From NCBI GenBank assembly GCA_965277805.1, contig OZ255842.1, positions 704,001-768,000 of the forward strand: a stretch of 64,000 nucleotides of DNA, given 5' to 3'. Shown in pieces: positions 19,965 to 29,503 of this stretch. The position numbers were made by a program, and so were the translations under genes. Each line of letters starts with the position of its first letter. Position 1 is the first letter of the stretch. Under the pieces are notes generated by a model. That model made no database searches. It worked only from the letters and a program-made list of their open reading frames with translations, and had not been told where the DNA came from. The stretch is from Candidatus Lustribacter sp. (lineage in GTDB: Bacteria > Vulcanimicrobiota > Vulcanimicrobiia > Vulcanimicrobiales > Vulcanimicrobiaceae).

Positions 19965-20744
19965 CTAGCGCATCCGCGTCGTGATCAGCTGGCCGGTCAT
20001 GAAGCGCGCTGCGGGACCGGCGAGGAAGAGGACTTCTTCGGCGATGTCCTCGGATTCGCTCAGCTTGCCGAGCGGGTCGTTTTTGATCCGCGATTCGCGC
20101 AGCGCGGGCGGCATCGAATTGCGCACGGCGGGCGTATCGGTCGTGCCGGGATTGAGGGCGTTGACCGTGATGCCGCGCGACCCGAGTTCGAGCGCCAGGG
20201 TCTTCGTATAAGCGATCACGCCGCCTTTGGAGGCAGCGTAGGCCGCGCGTGACTTGTCGCCCAGTAAGCCGCGATCGGAGGCGATGAGCACCATCGTGCC
20301 GGTGGCGCGCGGGATAATCGTGCGAGCGACGGCGCGCGTCACGAACATCGTGCCGTTGAGGTTCATGCCGATCACGGCATGCCAGGCATCGTCGGCGAGG
20401 TCGACGACGTCGGCGCGTCCGCCGGCGCCCCCCGCGCAGTGCACCAGGATGTCGATCGCGCGGAAGCGCGCGATCGTGCGGTCGACCATCTGCTGCGCGG
20501 CCGGCGCCGATGCAACGTCGACCTCCAACGCGACGGCTTCGTGTCCGGCGGCGACGATCTCGCCGGCCGCCTGTTCGGCGCCCGTGAGGTTCTTGTCGGC
20601 GAGTGCGACCGCCGCACCGCTTTGTGCGAGCCGGATCGCGCACGCGCGTCCGATGCCGCTGGCGGCGCCGGTAACGAGCGCGACGCGGCCGCGCAGGTCG
20701 ACCGTCATCGGCGCGCCGTTGGGCAGTGGGGTTCCGTCAGTCAT
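19965..20744 (-). CDS. SDR family oxidoreductase
   Basis: GGAG RBS, TGAASGIG, YAASK and VNALNPG. Confidence 0.9.
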   Translation of the reverse strand: MTDGTPLPNGAPMTVDLRGRVALVTGAASGIGRACAIRLAQSGAAVALADKNLTGAEQAAGEIVAAGHEAVALEVDVASAPAAQQMVDRTIARFRAIDILVHCAGGAGGRADVVDLADDAWHAVIGMNLNGTMFVTRAVARTIIPRATGTMVLIASDRGLLGDKSRAAYAASKGGVIAYTKTLALELGSRGITVNALNPGTTDTPAVRNSMPPALRESRIKNDPLGKLSESEDIAEEVLFLAGPAARFMTGQLITTRMR

Positions 20745-20794
20745 GTGATATGGTCTCCAGGCAAACAAGCCGAGTGCGGCGCATCGAGTTACTT

Positions 20795-21229
20795 ATGCAA
20801 GCTTTGGCGTTTTCGCTCCCCGTCAATCCGCCCGGGACGACCGAGCCGCTGACCCGCCGAATGGTGTGGGCCGGGCTCGTCATGAAAGCGGAGAACGCGG
20901 TGCCGTTCGTTCCCGGCATGCAAGAGTGCGCGGTCGTGGAGCGCTTCGAGGGCGGCTTCATTCGCAACATCCTCATCAACGGCCGGCACTTGACCGAACG
21001 CATCACGCTGACGCCCGAAGCGCAAGTCCTGTTCGAACGCGCCGATGCGGCCGGCAAGCCTACCGGTGGCTGGATTGCCAACGTGCTGAGCGAGGGTGAG
21101 GATGGATTGCTCCTCACCTTCGTGCTCAACGTGCCGTCGGAACCGGGGCGAGATTTGAAACAGAGTTACACTGCCGCCATCGCCGCGACGCTCAAGGCGA
21201 CGCGCGAACTGGTTGCGGTGAAGAGCTAG
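20795..21229 (+). CDS. AtaL-like / DUF1857 (SRPBCC superfamily) protein
   Basis: PVNPP...LTR..VWAGL.MKAE....FVP....C pattern typical of this family. Confidence 0.7.
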   Translation: MQALAFSLPVNPPGTTEPLTRRMVWAGLVMKAENAVPFVPGMQECAVVERFEGGFIRNILINGRHLTERITLTPEAQVLFERADAAGKPTGGWIANVLSEGEDGLLLTFVLNVPSEPGRDLKQSYTAAIAATLKATRELVAVKS

Positions 21230-22167
21230 AAGTACATTTCCTTGGCCGGGAACGAGTTCGAGATCAGCTTGTATTTCGCCGCGGCATCGATGAACGGCTG
21301 AAGCAGCGCGGGGTCGGAGCTCGTGGCACCTTCGACGCGCGCGCTCTTTTGAAAGACCTCGAGCGGCACTTTGCTGAACTGCGACATCAGCACGGCCGTT
21401 TCGGCGTGATGCGTATTCGTATACTGTGCGGCCTGATAGGTGATCCGGGCAAAGTCGCGCATCGCCTGCGGGTGCGCCGCGGCCCAATCTTTGTTGGCGA
21501 AGTACACGCCGAAGACGAAGTGCGTCGAAATCGCGCTGTAGGGCTCGGTGATCGACTTCACGCCGCCGGCGGCAAGCGCGTTCTCCAGCTCCGGCGCTTG
21601 AACGGCGTCGGCATCGACTCGGTGGGCGATGAGAGCGGGGCCCGCGAGCGTGTTCGGAATCTCGATGAACTTGAGCGTCTTCGAGTCGCCGCCGGTTTTG
21701 TCGACCCAGGCGCTGACCACGAGCGTATTGAGATCGTTGAGCGCCGGAACGCCGATCGTTTTTCCGTTGAGCTCCGCGCCCGTCTTGACGTTTGAATCGG
21801 ACGGAACGAGCAGCTCGTTGAACGGAACGGCCGGGTTCCAAATGGCACCGTTCGCGGCCAGCACGAGCGGCAGGTTCTTCAAATGCGCGACGAACGACGC
21901 GACCGCGCTGCCCTTGCCCATCTCGTAGGCGCCGGTGACGGCGGCGGTCGTGGCCGCGGTTCCGCTCGAGGTCGGAATCACTTGCACGTCGAGTCCGGCC
22001 TTCTTATAAAGGGCGGCGTTCACCGCGTAGATCACGGGCGTCAGGTCGTCGGTCGGAACGCCGCCAAGGCGGATCGTGAGCAACGGCGCCTGCGCGCTCG
22101 AGGGCGGCACGGCAAGCGAAAGGAGCGCGAGCACCGCGAGTGCCGCAATGAGTCGAAGATTCCGCAT
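21226..22167 (-). CDS. ABC substrate-binding protein, NitT/TauT
   Basis: Signal peptide MRNLRLIAAL, TDDLTPV.YA, WVDKTGGDSK and QPFIDAAAKY. Confidence 0.87.
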   Translation of the reverse strand: MRNLRLIAALAVLALLSLAVPPSSAQAPLLTIRLGGVPTDDLTPVIYAVNAALYKKAGLDVQVIPTSSGTAATTAAVTGAYEMGKGSAVASFVAHLKNLPLVLAANGAIWNPAVPFNELLVPSDSNVKTGAELNGKTIGVPALNDLNTLVVSAWVDKTGGDSKTLKFIEIPNTLAGPALIAHRVDADAVQAPELENALAAGGVKSITEPYSAISTHFVFGVYFANKDWAAAHPQAMRDFARITYQAAQYTNTHHAETAVLMSQFSKVPLEVFQKSARVEGATSSDPALLQPFIDAAAKYKLISNSFPAKEMYF

Positions 22168-22171
22168 CAAG

Positions 22172-22663
22172 TTAGGCTTTCCCGGACTGCGCCGTTTCGT
22201 AGACCTGTAATTGGGCATCGGTCATCCACTCTTTGTGCGCGTCGACGTTGACGCGTTCCGGCGTGCCGCCCGAACTGTCGAACGAGACACACTGCAAGAG
22301 CTCGAGATCGACCGGTCCCGATTTCTCGAACCAGTAACGCGCGCCGCCCGGAATGGCGATCATCTCTTCGGGCCCGAGTTCCGCGATCAGCACGTCGCCC
22401 GGACCGTAGAACTTGACCCGCCCGCGCAACACGAACCACGTCGTGTCCGAGTTGTTGTGATAGTGGAGGTTGTTCTCGCCGCCCTCGTGGACGATTTGCA
22501 TCGCCAACCGTCCGAGACGCGTTTTCGTGAGCGGGATGATGTCTTTCGGCTTGCCGGAGAGCTCCGAGCGCTCGTACTTGACGATCTTGACCTTCGACTC
22601 GCACTCGCGGTGAAACGCCTCTTTTTCTTCGGGGCTCATCTTGGCTAGGGTCTCAGCTCTCAC
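22172..22663 (-). CDS. Cupin domain protein
   Basis: GGENNLHYH...D..W.VL.G and IPGGARYWF cupin motifs. Start overlaps the upstream LLM gene. Confidence 0.85.
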   Translation of the reverse strand: MRAETLAKMSPEEKEAFHRECESKVKIVKYERSELSGKPKDIIPLTKTRLGRLAMQIVHEGGENNLHYHNNSDTTWFVLRGRVKFYGPGDVLIAELGPEEMIAIPGGARYWFEKSGPVDLELLQCVSFDSSGGTPERVNVDAHKEWMTDAQLQVYETAQSGKA

Positions 22664-23822
22664 GTTCGGATCCTTTCGGGGCCCGCAGGCCGGCTTTCTC
22701 TAATCGCGGGATGATCTCGGCACGCAGGTACGGCAGTTCATCGAGGTAGTTCACGATGGTCATCCCGATTCCATCGAGGCCGACGTCGCTCAGGGTTTGG
22801 AAGAGGCCGGCGACGGTGTCGGGGTCGCCGATGAAGGGGAATTGCCGGATCGCGCGCTGGCGATGGGCGAGGTAGGTGGGCGAAGTCAGATCGCGCGCGA
22901 TGCCCTGCTGCAGCAGTTGCGCGTCGACCGCATCCCAATCGGCGTGTTCGTCGAGAACGTAACGGTAGTACTCGATCGCTTCCTTTTGCGTCGGCCGGCA
23001 GATGACGTTGACGTTCGTGTACACGCCCATCGTGCGCCCGACGGCAGCCGCGCGTCCGCGCAAGCTGTCGACGATCTTCTTGACGCCGGCGACGTCGGGC
23101 GTGACGACCCCGCTCTTCTCGTCGAACTCCGATGCGCGCACGGCCGTGAAGAACGCGTCGCAATTGCGCACGCCGAAATCCTGACCGATCTCGGAGAGGC
23201 CGGCGTTGAGCAAGAGCGGTTGGGTTCCGCCGTACGGCTTCGGCTTGGAGAGCACGTCGGTGAGTTGGAAGTACGTGCCGTTGAAGTCGAAGTTCTCGGG
23301 CTCCGTCCACAAGCGCCGGACGATGTCGAGCCACTCCTGGCCGTGGGCGTAACGTTCGTCGTGCTCGAGCAGCGAAACGCCGAACATGCCGAACTCTTCG
23401 TCTTTGTTGCCCACGACGAGGTTGAGCCCGAAGCGTCCGTGCCCGGCGTGATCCGCCGTTACCATTTGCTTCGCCGCGACGACCGGGTGAAAGATCGGCG
23501 TGTGCACCGTTCCGAAAATCGTGATACGTTTCGTCAGGGCCAAAAGCGCAGCCGCCCACGTGAGCGTTTCGAAACTCGATTCCTGATAGTGCGTGGCGCC
23601 GCCCCACCCGCGCCAGCGGCCGAGGGGCAGAAAGAATTCCAGGCCGTAGTCATCGGCCATTTGCGCGAGCCGGACGTTATCGTCCCACGAGCCGCTCCAG
23701 CGTTCGGGAACCAGCGTCGCGTTTTTCCCGGAATTGAGGTTGCAGCCGAAAATTCCAAGCTTGAGCTTGTTGGTGCTTCCCATCGCCGACCGGTTCACCA
23801 CCGGAATCATTTGCTCGAGCAT
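22653..23822 (-). CDS. LLM-class flavin-dependent monooxygenase (SfnG/RutA-like subgroup)
   Basis: NKLKLGIFG.N, RW.GWGG, ETLTWAA.LLA.T and GRFGLNLV.G. Start is uncertain. Confidence 0.88.
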   Translation of the reverse strand: MLEQMIPVVNRSAMGSTNKLKLGIFGCNLNSGKNATLVPERWSGSWDDNVRLAQMADDYGLEFFLPLGRWRGWGGATHYQESSFETLTWAAALLALTKRITIFGTVHTPIFHPVVAAKQMVTADHAGHGRFGLNLVVGNKDEEFGMFGVSLLEHDERYAHGQEWLDIVRRLWTEPENFDFNGTYFQLTDVLSKPKPYGGTQPLLLNAGLSEIGQDFGVRNCDAFFTAVRASEFDEKSGVVTPDVAGVKKIVDSLRGRAAAVGRTMGVYTNVNVICRPTQKEAIEYYRYVLDEHADWDAVDAQLLQQGIARDLTSPTYLAHRQRAIRQFPFIGDPDTVAGLFQTLSDVGLDGIGMTIVNYLDELPYLRAEIIPRLEKAGLRAPKGSERES

Positions 23823-23879
23823 GCGCTGGCGAAAGGCGTTCGGCTGCTGCGCCCGTATCCCCCGGCGGGGGGACGCAAA

Positions 23880-24836
23880 ATGACATTTCGCCGGTATTCG
23901 ACCGCCGCATTGGGTGCTGTGCTCGTTGCTCTGTGGGGCTGCCCGCTTGCGATCGACGCGCAACAGGCTCCAACCGCGCCGCTGATCCATATCGCGGCAT
24001 CGGCTGCTGAAACGTACGCGCAGGCGTTCTTTGCGCAAGACATCGGCCTCTACCAAAAAGCGGGGCTGAACGTCGAGGTCGACACGCTCGGCACCGGCGC
24101 AGCCGTGTCCTCGGCGGTCGCCGGCGGCGGCGTCGAGATCGGCGTTGCGACGATGCTCAATCTGGCGAACGCGATCGCGCGTAACGTGCCGTTCGTCGTC
24201 ATCGCGCCGGCCGCGTTGGAAACCACCAAGCAGCCGACCGGTTTGCTCTGCGTTGCCAAAACGTCGGCCTACAAGACGGCCAAGGACTTCGACGGACAAA
24301 CGATCGCCATTCCGGCGCTGAAGCAAACCGTCGATCTCGCCGTGCGTGAGTGGCTGCAGCAGGGCGGCGAAGATCCGACGCGCGTCCACATCATCGAGGC
24401 GCCGTTCTCCGAAATGGGTCCGGCGGTCGAACGCGGCACGTACGCTGCGGCGGCGATCTCCGAACCCTCGCTCTCACAAGCGCAACGTGCCGGCGGCATC
24501 CGCTGCATCGGCGATCCGTACTCCGCCATCGCACCGACGTACATGCTCGGCGCGTGGTTTACGACGAAAGACTACGCGGCGAAGAATCCGGACGTCGTGC
24601 GCAAAGTCGCGGCGGCGCTCACGGAAGCGGGGAAGTGGGCGAACGCGCATCACTTCGAATCGGCGGCGATCGTCTCGAAAGTCAACAAGGTCGACGTCGA
24701 AACCATTCGCAACGAAGTGCGGCCGCGGTACGCCGAAGAGCTGAAGCTGAGCGACATCCAGCCGCAACTCGATGCCGGATTCAAGTTCGGCTTCTTGACC
24801 CGCCAGATGAACGCGGCGGAGCTGCTCGCGAAGTGA
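23880..24836 (+). CDS. ABC substrate-binding protein, NitT/TauT
   Basis: Signal peptide MTFRRYSTAALGAVLVALWG, GLY.KAGLNVE, WL..GG.D and IQPQLD. Confidence 0.87.
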   Translation: MTFRRYSTAALGAVLVALWGCPLAIDAQQAPTAPLIHIAASAAETYAQAFFAQDIGLYQKAGLNVEVDTLGTGAAVSSAVAGGGVEIGVATMLNLANAIARNVPFVVIAPAALETTKQPTGLLCVAKTSAYKTAKDFDGQTIAIPALKQTVDLAVREWLQQGGEDPTRVHIIEAPFSEMGPAVERGTYAAAAISEPSLSQAQRAGGIRCIGDPYSAIAPTYMLGAWFTTKDYAAKNPDVVRKVAAALTEAGKWANAHHFESAAIVSKVNKVDVETIRNEVRPRYAEELKLSDIQPQLDAGFKFGFLTRQMNAAELLAK

Positions 24837-24846
24837 ACCGCCGGGC

Positions 24847-26250
24847 GTGACCCTCGCCGCGCGGACGCTGGTGGAGAAGATCTGGGACGATCATCTCGTC
24901 GGCCGGCGTGAGGACGGCCGTGACCTGCTCTACGTCGATCGCGTGATGATGGACGACGTGCGCGCTCCCGATGCGATCCGCATGCTCGAAGCGAGCGGAC
25001 GTCCGATGCGCCGGCCCGACCTTGCGTTCGCGGCGATCGATCATACGATCGGGACCCATCCCGGACGCGATGCGCAGCTCTCGCCCGCGGTCGCGGCGAT
25101 GGTCGACGCCGTGCGTGCCGGCGCGGCTAGGCATGCGTTCCGCTTCTTCGACGTCGGCGCGCCGGAACAAGGCATCTCGCACGTCGTCGCGCCGGAGATG
25201 GGGCTGGTCTTGCCCGGTGCCACGCACGTGTGTTCCGACAGTCACGCCGCCACGGTGGGCGCGCTCGGAGCGCTCGCGTTCGGCTGCAGCTCGACGGACC
25301 TTGCGCACGTGCTCGCGAGCCAGACGATCGCGCTCGAACGCCCGCGCACGATGCGCGTTCAACTCAACGGAAGATTGCAAGCCGGCGTCGATGCGAAGGA
25401 CGTTGCCCTCTCGTTGATCGGCGCGTTCGGCATCCACGCCGCGCGCGGCTACGCGATCGAGTACGCCGGACCCATCGTAGCTGCGATGCCGGTCGAGCAG
25501 CGCTTCACGCTTTGCAACATGGCGATCGAAATGGGCGCGCGCAGCGCACTGATCGCGCCCGATGCGACGACGATTGCGTGGCTGGCCGAGCGGCCGTGGC
25601 GGCTCGACGAGGGCGCGCGCGCTGCGGCCCACGCGCAGTGGCAAACGCTCAAGAGCGATGACGGCGCGCGCTTTGACCGCACGCTCGAGGTCGACTGCGA
25701 CGGGATCGAACCGCAGATCACGTGGGGGACCGATCCGAGCATGGTGATTCCGATCTCGGGAGTGGTGCCCGACCCCTCGAATGCCGAACCCGCGCGGCGG
25801 ATCGCGCTCGAACGCGCGCTCGCCTACATGGATCTGGTCCCGGGCGATACGCTCGCCGGACGTCCGCTCGAGCGCGTCTTCATCGGTTCGTGCACGAACG
25901 CGCGGCTCGACGACCTGCGCGCGGCGGCGCAGCAAGTGCGCGGTGCGCACGTCGCGCCGGGCGTGCGCGCGATCGTCGTGCCGGGTTCGAGCGCCGTCAA
26001 ACGGCAAGCAGAAGCGCTCGGCTTCGATGCGGTCTTTCGCGACGCGGGCTTCGAGTGGCACGAATCGGGCTGCTCGATGTGTTCGGCCGGCAGCGCCGAT
26101 TCCGGCTTGCCGGGCGAACGCTGCGCGTCGACGAGCAACCGTAACTTCGAAGACCGCCAAGGACGCGGCGTGCGCACGCACTTGGTGAGCCCGCGTACCG
26201 CCGCGGCATCGGCGCTCGCCGGCCATTTCGTCGCCGCGCGGACGGCCTGA
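24847..26250 (+). CDS. leuC: LeuC-like aconitase-family hydratase/isomerase large subunit (divergent)
   Basis: RTL.EK.WD.H, DH, QGI.H, DSH, TLCNMAIEMGAR, [4Fe-4S] ligands IGSCTN and GCSMC, and STSNRNFE.RQG. Substrate is probably not isopropylmalate. Confidence 0.88.
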   Translation: MTLAARTLVEKIWDDHLVGRREDGRDLLYVDRVMMDDVRAPDAIRMLEASGRPMRRPDLAFAAIDHTIGTHPGRDAQLSPAVAAMVDAVRAGAARHAFRFFDVGAPEQGISHVVAPEMGLVLPGATHVCSDSHAATVGALGALAFGCSSTDLAHVLASQTIALERPRTMRVQLNGRLQAGVDAKDVALSLIGAFGIHAARGYAIEYAGPIVAAMPVEQRFTLCNMAIEMGARSALIAPDATTIAWLAERPWRLDEGARAAAHAQWQTLKSDDGARFDRTLEVDCDGIEPQITWGTDPSMVIPISGVVPDPSNAEPARRIALERALAYMDLVPGDTLAGRPLERVFIGSCTNARLDDLRAAAQQVRGAHVAPGVRAIVVPGSSAVKRQAEALGFDAVFRDAGFEWHESGCSMCSAGSADSGLPGERCASTSNRNFEDRQGRGVRTHLVSPRTAAASALAGHFVAARTA

Positions 26251-26251
26251 C

Positions 26252-26893
26252 GTGAAGCCGTTTCGCGCGTTTGCCGGAATCGCCGCGCCGCTGCTCGTCG
26301 ACGACATCGACACCGACCAAATCGCACCGGCGTCGGTGCACTCGCGCCGGCTCGACCCGGATTACGGCGCGCTGTTCTTCGCCCGCAAACGCCTGCACGC
26401 CGACGGCAGCGAGGATCCGGCCTTCGTGCTCAATCGCGGCGCCTACCGGAACGCGAGCATTCTCGTTACCGGAACGCGGTTCGGCTGCGGGAGCGCGCGC
26501 GAGAGCGCGATCTGGGCCTTGATGGGCTTCGGCATCCGGGCGATCGTGGCGCGCAGCTTTGCCGAGATGTATCGCGAGAACTGTTTGCGCAACGGGGTGC
26601 TCACGATCGTGCTGGACCCCTCCGAGCAGGCGGCATTCGAAGCACAGGTCGTGGCCGTCGAGGGTGCGGCGCCGTTTACGGTCGACTTGCGCGATCCGCA
26701 CATCGCGGCGCCCGGCGGCCGCCGCTATGACTTCGCGATCGCTCCGGCGGAGCGGATCGTGCTGCTCGAGGGCACCGACTTGGTCGACCTGACGCTGCGT
26801 CAGTCGCCCGCGATCGATGCGTGGGAAGCCGGCATGCGCCGCTCGCGGCCTTGGCTGCAGGATGTGGGCCGCAGTGAAGGTATGGGCCGATGA
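26252..26893 (+). CDS. leuD: LeuD-like small subunit (divergent)
   Basis: DDIDTDQI.P, FGCGSARESA.WAL..FG and SFAE.Y..N...NG.L. Confidence 0.88.
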   Translation: MKPFRAFAGIAAPLLVDDIDTDQIAPASVHSRRLDPDYGALFFARKRLHADGSEDPAFVLNRGAYRNASILVTGTRFGCGSARESAIWALMGFGIRAIVARSFAEMYRENCLRNGVLTIVLDPSEQAAFEAQVVAVEGAAPFTVDLRDPHIAAPGGRRYDFAIAPAERIVLLEGTDLVDLTLRQSPAIDAWEAGMRRSRPWLQDVGRSEGMGR

Positions 26894-27942
26894 TGCGGAT
26901 TGCGTTGCGGCTCCTTGTCCTGGCGTTGGTCGCGGCTCTCGGCGCTGCGACGCCGCCGGCCGTCCGCGCTGCCGATTTGCTGCCGGTCGTCATCGGCAAC
27001 ATTCCGTCGTTTACGGCCGCGCCGCTTTACATCGCGATCGACAAGGGGTACTACACGGCGGCCGGACTCGACGTGCAGTTGACCAGTACCGGTTCGCCCG
27101 CCGACCAAGCCGCGATGTTGTCGACCAACCGTTTGCAACTCGTGGGCGGCGCGGTGACCGCGGGATTCTTCAACGCGTTCGCCCGGAAGCTGCCGGTATC
27201 GCTCGTGCTCTCGCGCGCCGTGTCGCCGATCAACCATTACCTGATGGCACGCATGGGGCTCAAAGGCGAGCTCAAAGGGCCGGCCGATCTCAAGGGCAAG
27301 ATCATCGCGATCGATCAGAACGGCACCGATCTGTCATATGAGTTGCTGAAGACCTTGCAGTCGGCCGGCATGACGCTGGCCGACGTGCAGGTGAAGTTTT
27401 TGCCGTTTTCGGAGCAGCCCGCGGCGCTCGCGACCGGTGCGGTCGATCTGGCGCTGATGGTCTCGCCGCTGCAAGACGCGACCGCCGATAAGGGCATCGC
27501 CTTCAAGTTTCTCAATACCGATTCGTACATCAAGCTGCGTCCGATGGCGGGATCCGTGCTCGAAATGAATCGCGATTGGGCGGCCGCGCATCCCGATGCC
27601 GCCAAGGCGTTCGTCGCCGCCACGTTGCGCGCCACGCAGTACTATTGCGAAGCGTATCACCACGGGGCGAACCGGCCCGACGTCGTGCGCATCCTGGCCA
27701 AGTATTCGAACGTGCAGGATCCCGCGCTGATCGAGAAGATCGACTGGACCGCAATGGACATCGGCGGGCGCATCTCGATGCCGAGCATCATGGACATCCA
27801 GAACTTCTACGTGCAGGAGAAGCTCGTGAACGTGCCCGTTCCCGAGTCGGATCTGACGCCGCCCGCCTGGGTTGATCAAGCGCGCGCGACCCTACCGCCG
27901 TTCAAGCTGGCGCACGACGATCACCGACCGGGATGCCGGTAG
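26890..27942 (+). CDS. ABC substrate-binding protein, NitT/TauT
   Basis: Signal peptide, PLYIA.DKGYY...GLDV and DLKGK.IA. Directly upstream of the ATPase and permease. Confidence 0.9.
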   Translation: MMRIALRLLVLALVAALGAATPPAVRAADLLPVVIGNIPSFTAAPLYIAIDKGYYTAAGLDVQLTSTGSPADQAAMLSTNRLQLVGGAVTAGFFNAFARKLPVSLVLSRAVSPINHYLMARMGLKGELKGPADLKGKIIAIDQNGTDLSYELLKTLQSAGMTLADVQVKFLPFSEQPAALATGAVDLALMVSPLQDATADKGIAFKFLNTDSYIKLRPMAGSVLEMNRDWAAAHPDAAKAFVAATLRATQYYCEAYHHGANRPDVVRILAKYSNVQDPALIEKIDWTAMDIGGRISMPSIMDIQNFYVQEKLVNVPVPESDLTPPAWVDQARATLPPFKLAHDDHRPGCR

Positions 27943-28736
27943 CGGCGCGCCGCGGCGCGGCCATCGAGATATCGCACCTCCGCAAGACGTTTGAATCCGG
28001 CAAGAACTCGATCGTGGCGATCGACGATCTGAGCATCTCGATCGCCGGCGGCGAATTCGTGTGTTTCGTCGGCCCGTCGGGCTGCGGCAAGTCGACGCTG
28101 CTGCGGATCCTGGCCGGACTGGAAACCGCGGATTCGGGCGAGGTGCGGATGGACGCCGGCGACGCCGCCGTCCAGAATGCGATGGTGTTCCAAGAGGCCA
28201 GCATCTTTCCGTGGAAGACCGTCGGCGACAACATCGCCTTCGGCTTGCGCGCGCTGGGCGTCGGCCGCGAGGAGTGTGCGACGCGCGTCGACGCCGCGCT
28301 GCGCATGGTCGGCTTGACGCGCTTCCGCGACCACTACCCGAGCCAGATCTCGGGCGGCATGAAGCAGCGCGCGGCGATCGCGCGCGCCTTGGTGATGAAT
28401 CCTGCGGTGCTGTTGATGGACGAACCCTTTGCCGCACTCGACGCGCAGAACCGCGCGATCCTCCAAGCGGAACTGGCGAACATCTGCGAGCAAGCCGGCA
28501 CGACGGTCGTCTACATCACGCATTCGCTCGAAGAAGCGTTGATGCTCGGCGACCGCACCGTCGTGCTGACGGCGCAGCCCGCGCGCATCAAGGACGTGGT
28601 CGTGGTGCCGTTCGCGCGCCCGCGCGACACGATCGAGGTCAGCGCTACGCCGGAATTCGGCGAACTGAAGCTGCGGATGTGGAACGTGCTCGAGGCGGAA
28701 GTGCTGGCGGCTCGGCGCGAGCACGAAGGCATTTGA
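27933..28736 (+). CDS. ABC transporter ATP-binding protein, NitT/TauT
   Basis: Walker A GPSGCGKST, signature ISGGMKQR, Walker B LLMDEPF and H-loop ITH. Confidence 0.96.
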   Translation: MPVAARRGAAIEISHLRKTFESGKNSIVAIDDLSISIAGGEFVCFVGPSGCGKSTLLRILAGLETADSGEVRMDAGDAAVQNAMVFQEASIFPWKTVGDNIAFGLRALGVGREECATRVDAALRMVGLTRFRDHYPSQISGGMKQRAAIARALVMNPAVLLMDEPFAALDAQNRAILQAELANICEQAGTTVVYITHSLEEALMLGDRTVVLTAQPARIKDVVVVPFARPRDTIEVSATPEFGELKLRMWNVLEAEVLAARREHEGI

Positions 28737-29503
28737 CTCGCGCGCAGGCGGAGCGGCGGCGGCAGCGGATCCTCGAGATCGCCTCGCCGGTCGTGTTCTT
28801 GCTGGTGTGGGAAAGCGTCGTCCGGCTGGGCTGGGTCGATGCGCGCTTCGTGCCGCCGCCGAGCGCGGTCGTGGTACGCTTCTTCGATTTGGCCGGTTCG
28901 GGCGTCTTGTGGACCGACGTTTCGATCACGCTCTTCCGGATCGCGTGCGGGTTCACGATCGGCGTGATTCCCGGCGTCGCAATCGGTCTCTTGATGGCGA
29001 TGTTCAAGCCGTTGCGCTACGTGCTCGACCCGCTGGTCGCCGCGATTTATCCGATTCCGAAGATCGCGCTGATGCCGCTCCTGATGCTGGCGTTCGGGAT
29101 CGGTGAGTTGTCGAAGATCGCGCTGGTCGCGATCGGCACGTTTTTCCCGGTGCTGATCAGTACGTATGCGGGCGCCGCGAACATCGAGACGATCTATCTC
29201 GATGCGGCGAAGAACTTTCGCGCCGGCGCGGGCATGATGTTCCGCGAGGTGATCTTCTTCGGCGCGCTGCCGCAGATCTTCGCCGGGCTGCGGCTCGCGC
29301 TCGGCACATCGTTTCTCGTGATCGTCGCGGCGGAGTTCGTGTCGGCGGATACGGGGATCGGCCAGTTGATCTGGTCGTCGTGGCAGGTCTTGCAAGTCGA
29401 CCGGATGTTCGTCGGCATCGTGCTGATCGGCGTGCTCGGGGTGGCGTCGACCGCCATTCTGCAAGAGATCGAATATCGCTTGATGCCGTGGCGGAAGCGG
29501 TGA
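28733..29503 (+). CDS. ABC transporter permease, NitT/TauT
   Basis: TTG start overlaps the ATPase stop. PPPS.V, PIPKIAL.PL, ALP.IF.GLR, IVAAE and multiple hydrophobic segments. Confidence 0.93.
   Translation: MTRAQAERRRQRILEIASPVVFLLVWESVVRLGWVDARFVPPPSAVVVRFFDLAGSGVLWTDVSITLFRIACGFTIGVIPGVAIGLLMAMFKPLRYVLDPLVAAIYPIPKIALMPLLMLAFGIGELSKIALVAIGTFFPVLISTYAGAANIETIYLDAAKNFRAGAGMMFREVIFFGALPQIFAGLRLALGTSFLVIVAAEFVSADTGIGQLIWSSWQVLQVDRMFVGIVLIGVLGVASTAILQEIEYRLMPWRKR

Noticed and set aside
22653-24836. Overlapping 578-aa and 679-aa ORFs
   Set aside because: Same shadow effect. The real genes are divergent from 23822 and 23880.
24847-26893. Leucine biosynthesis operon
   Set aside because: No leuA, leuB or attenuator. 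Substrate motifs are diverged and the context is catabolic transport.
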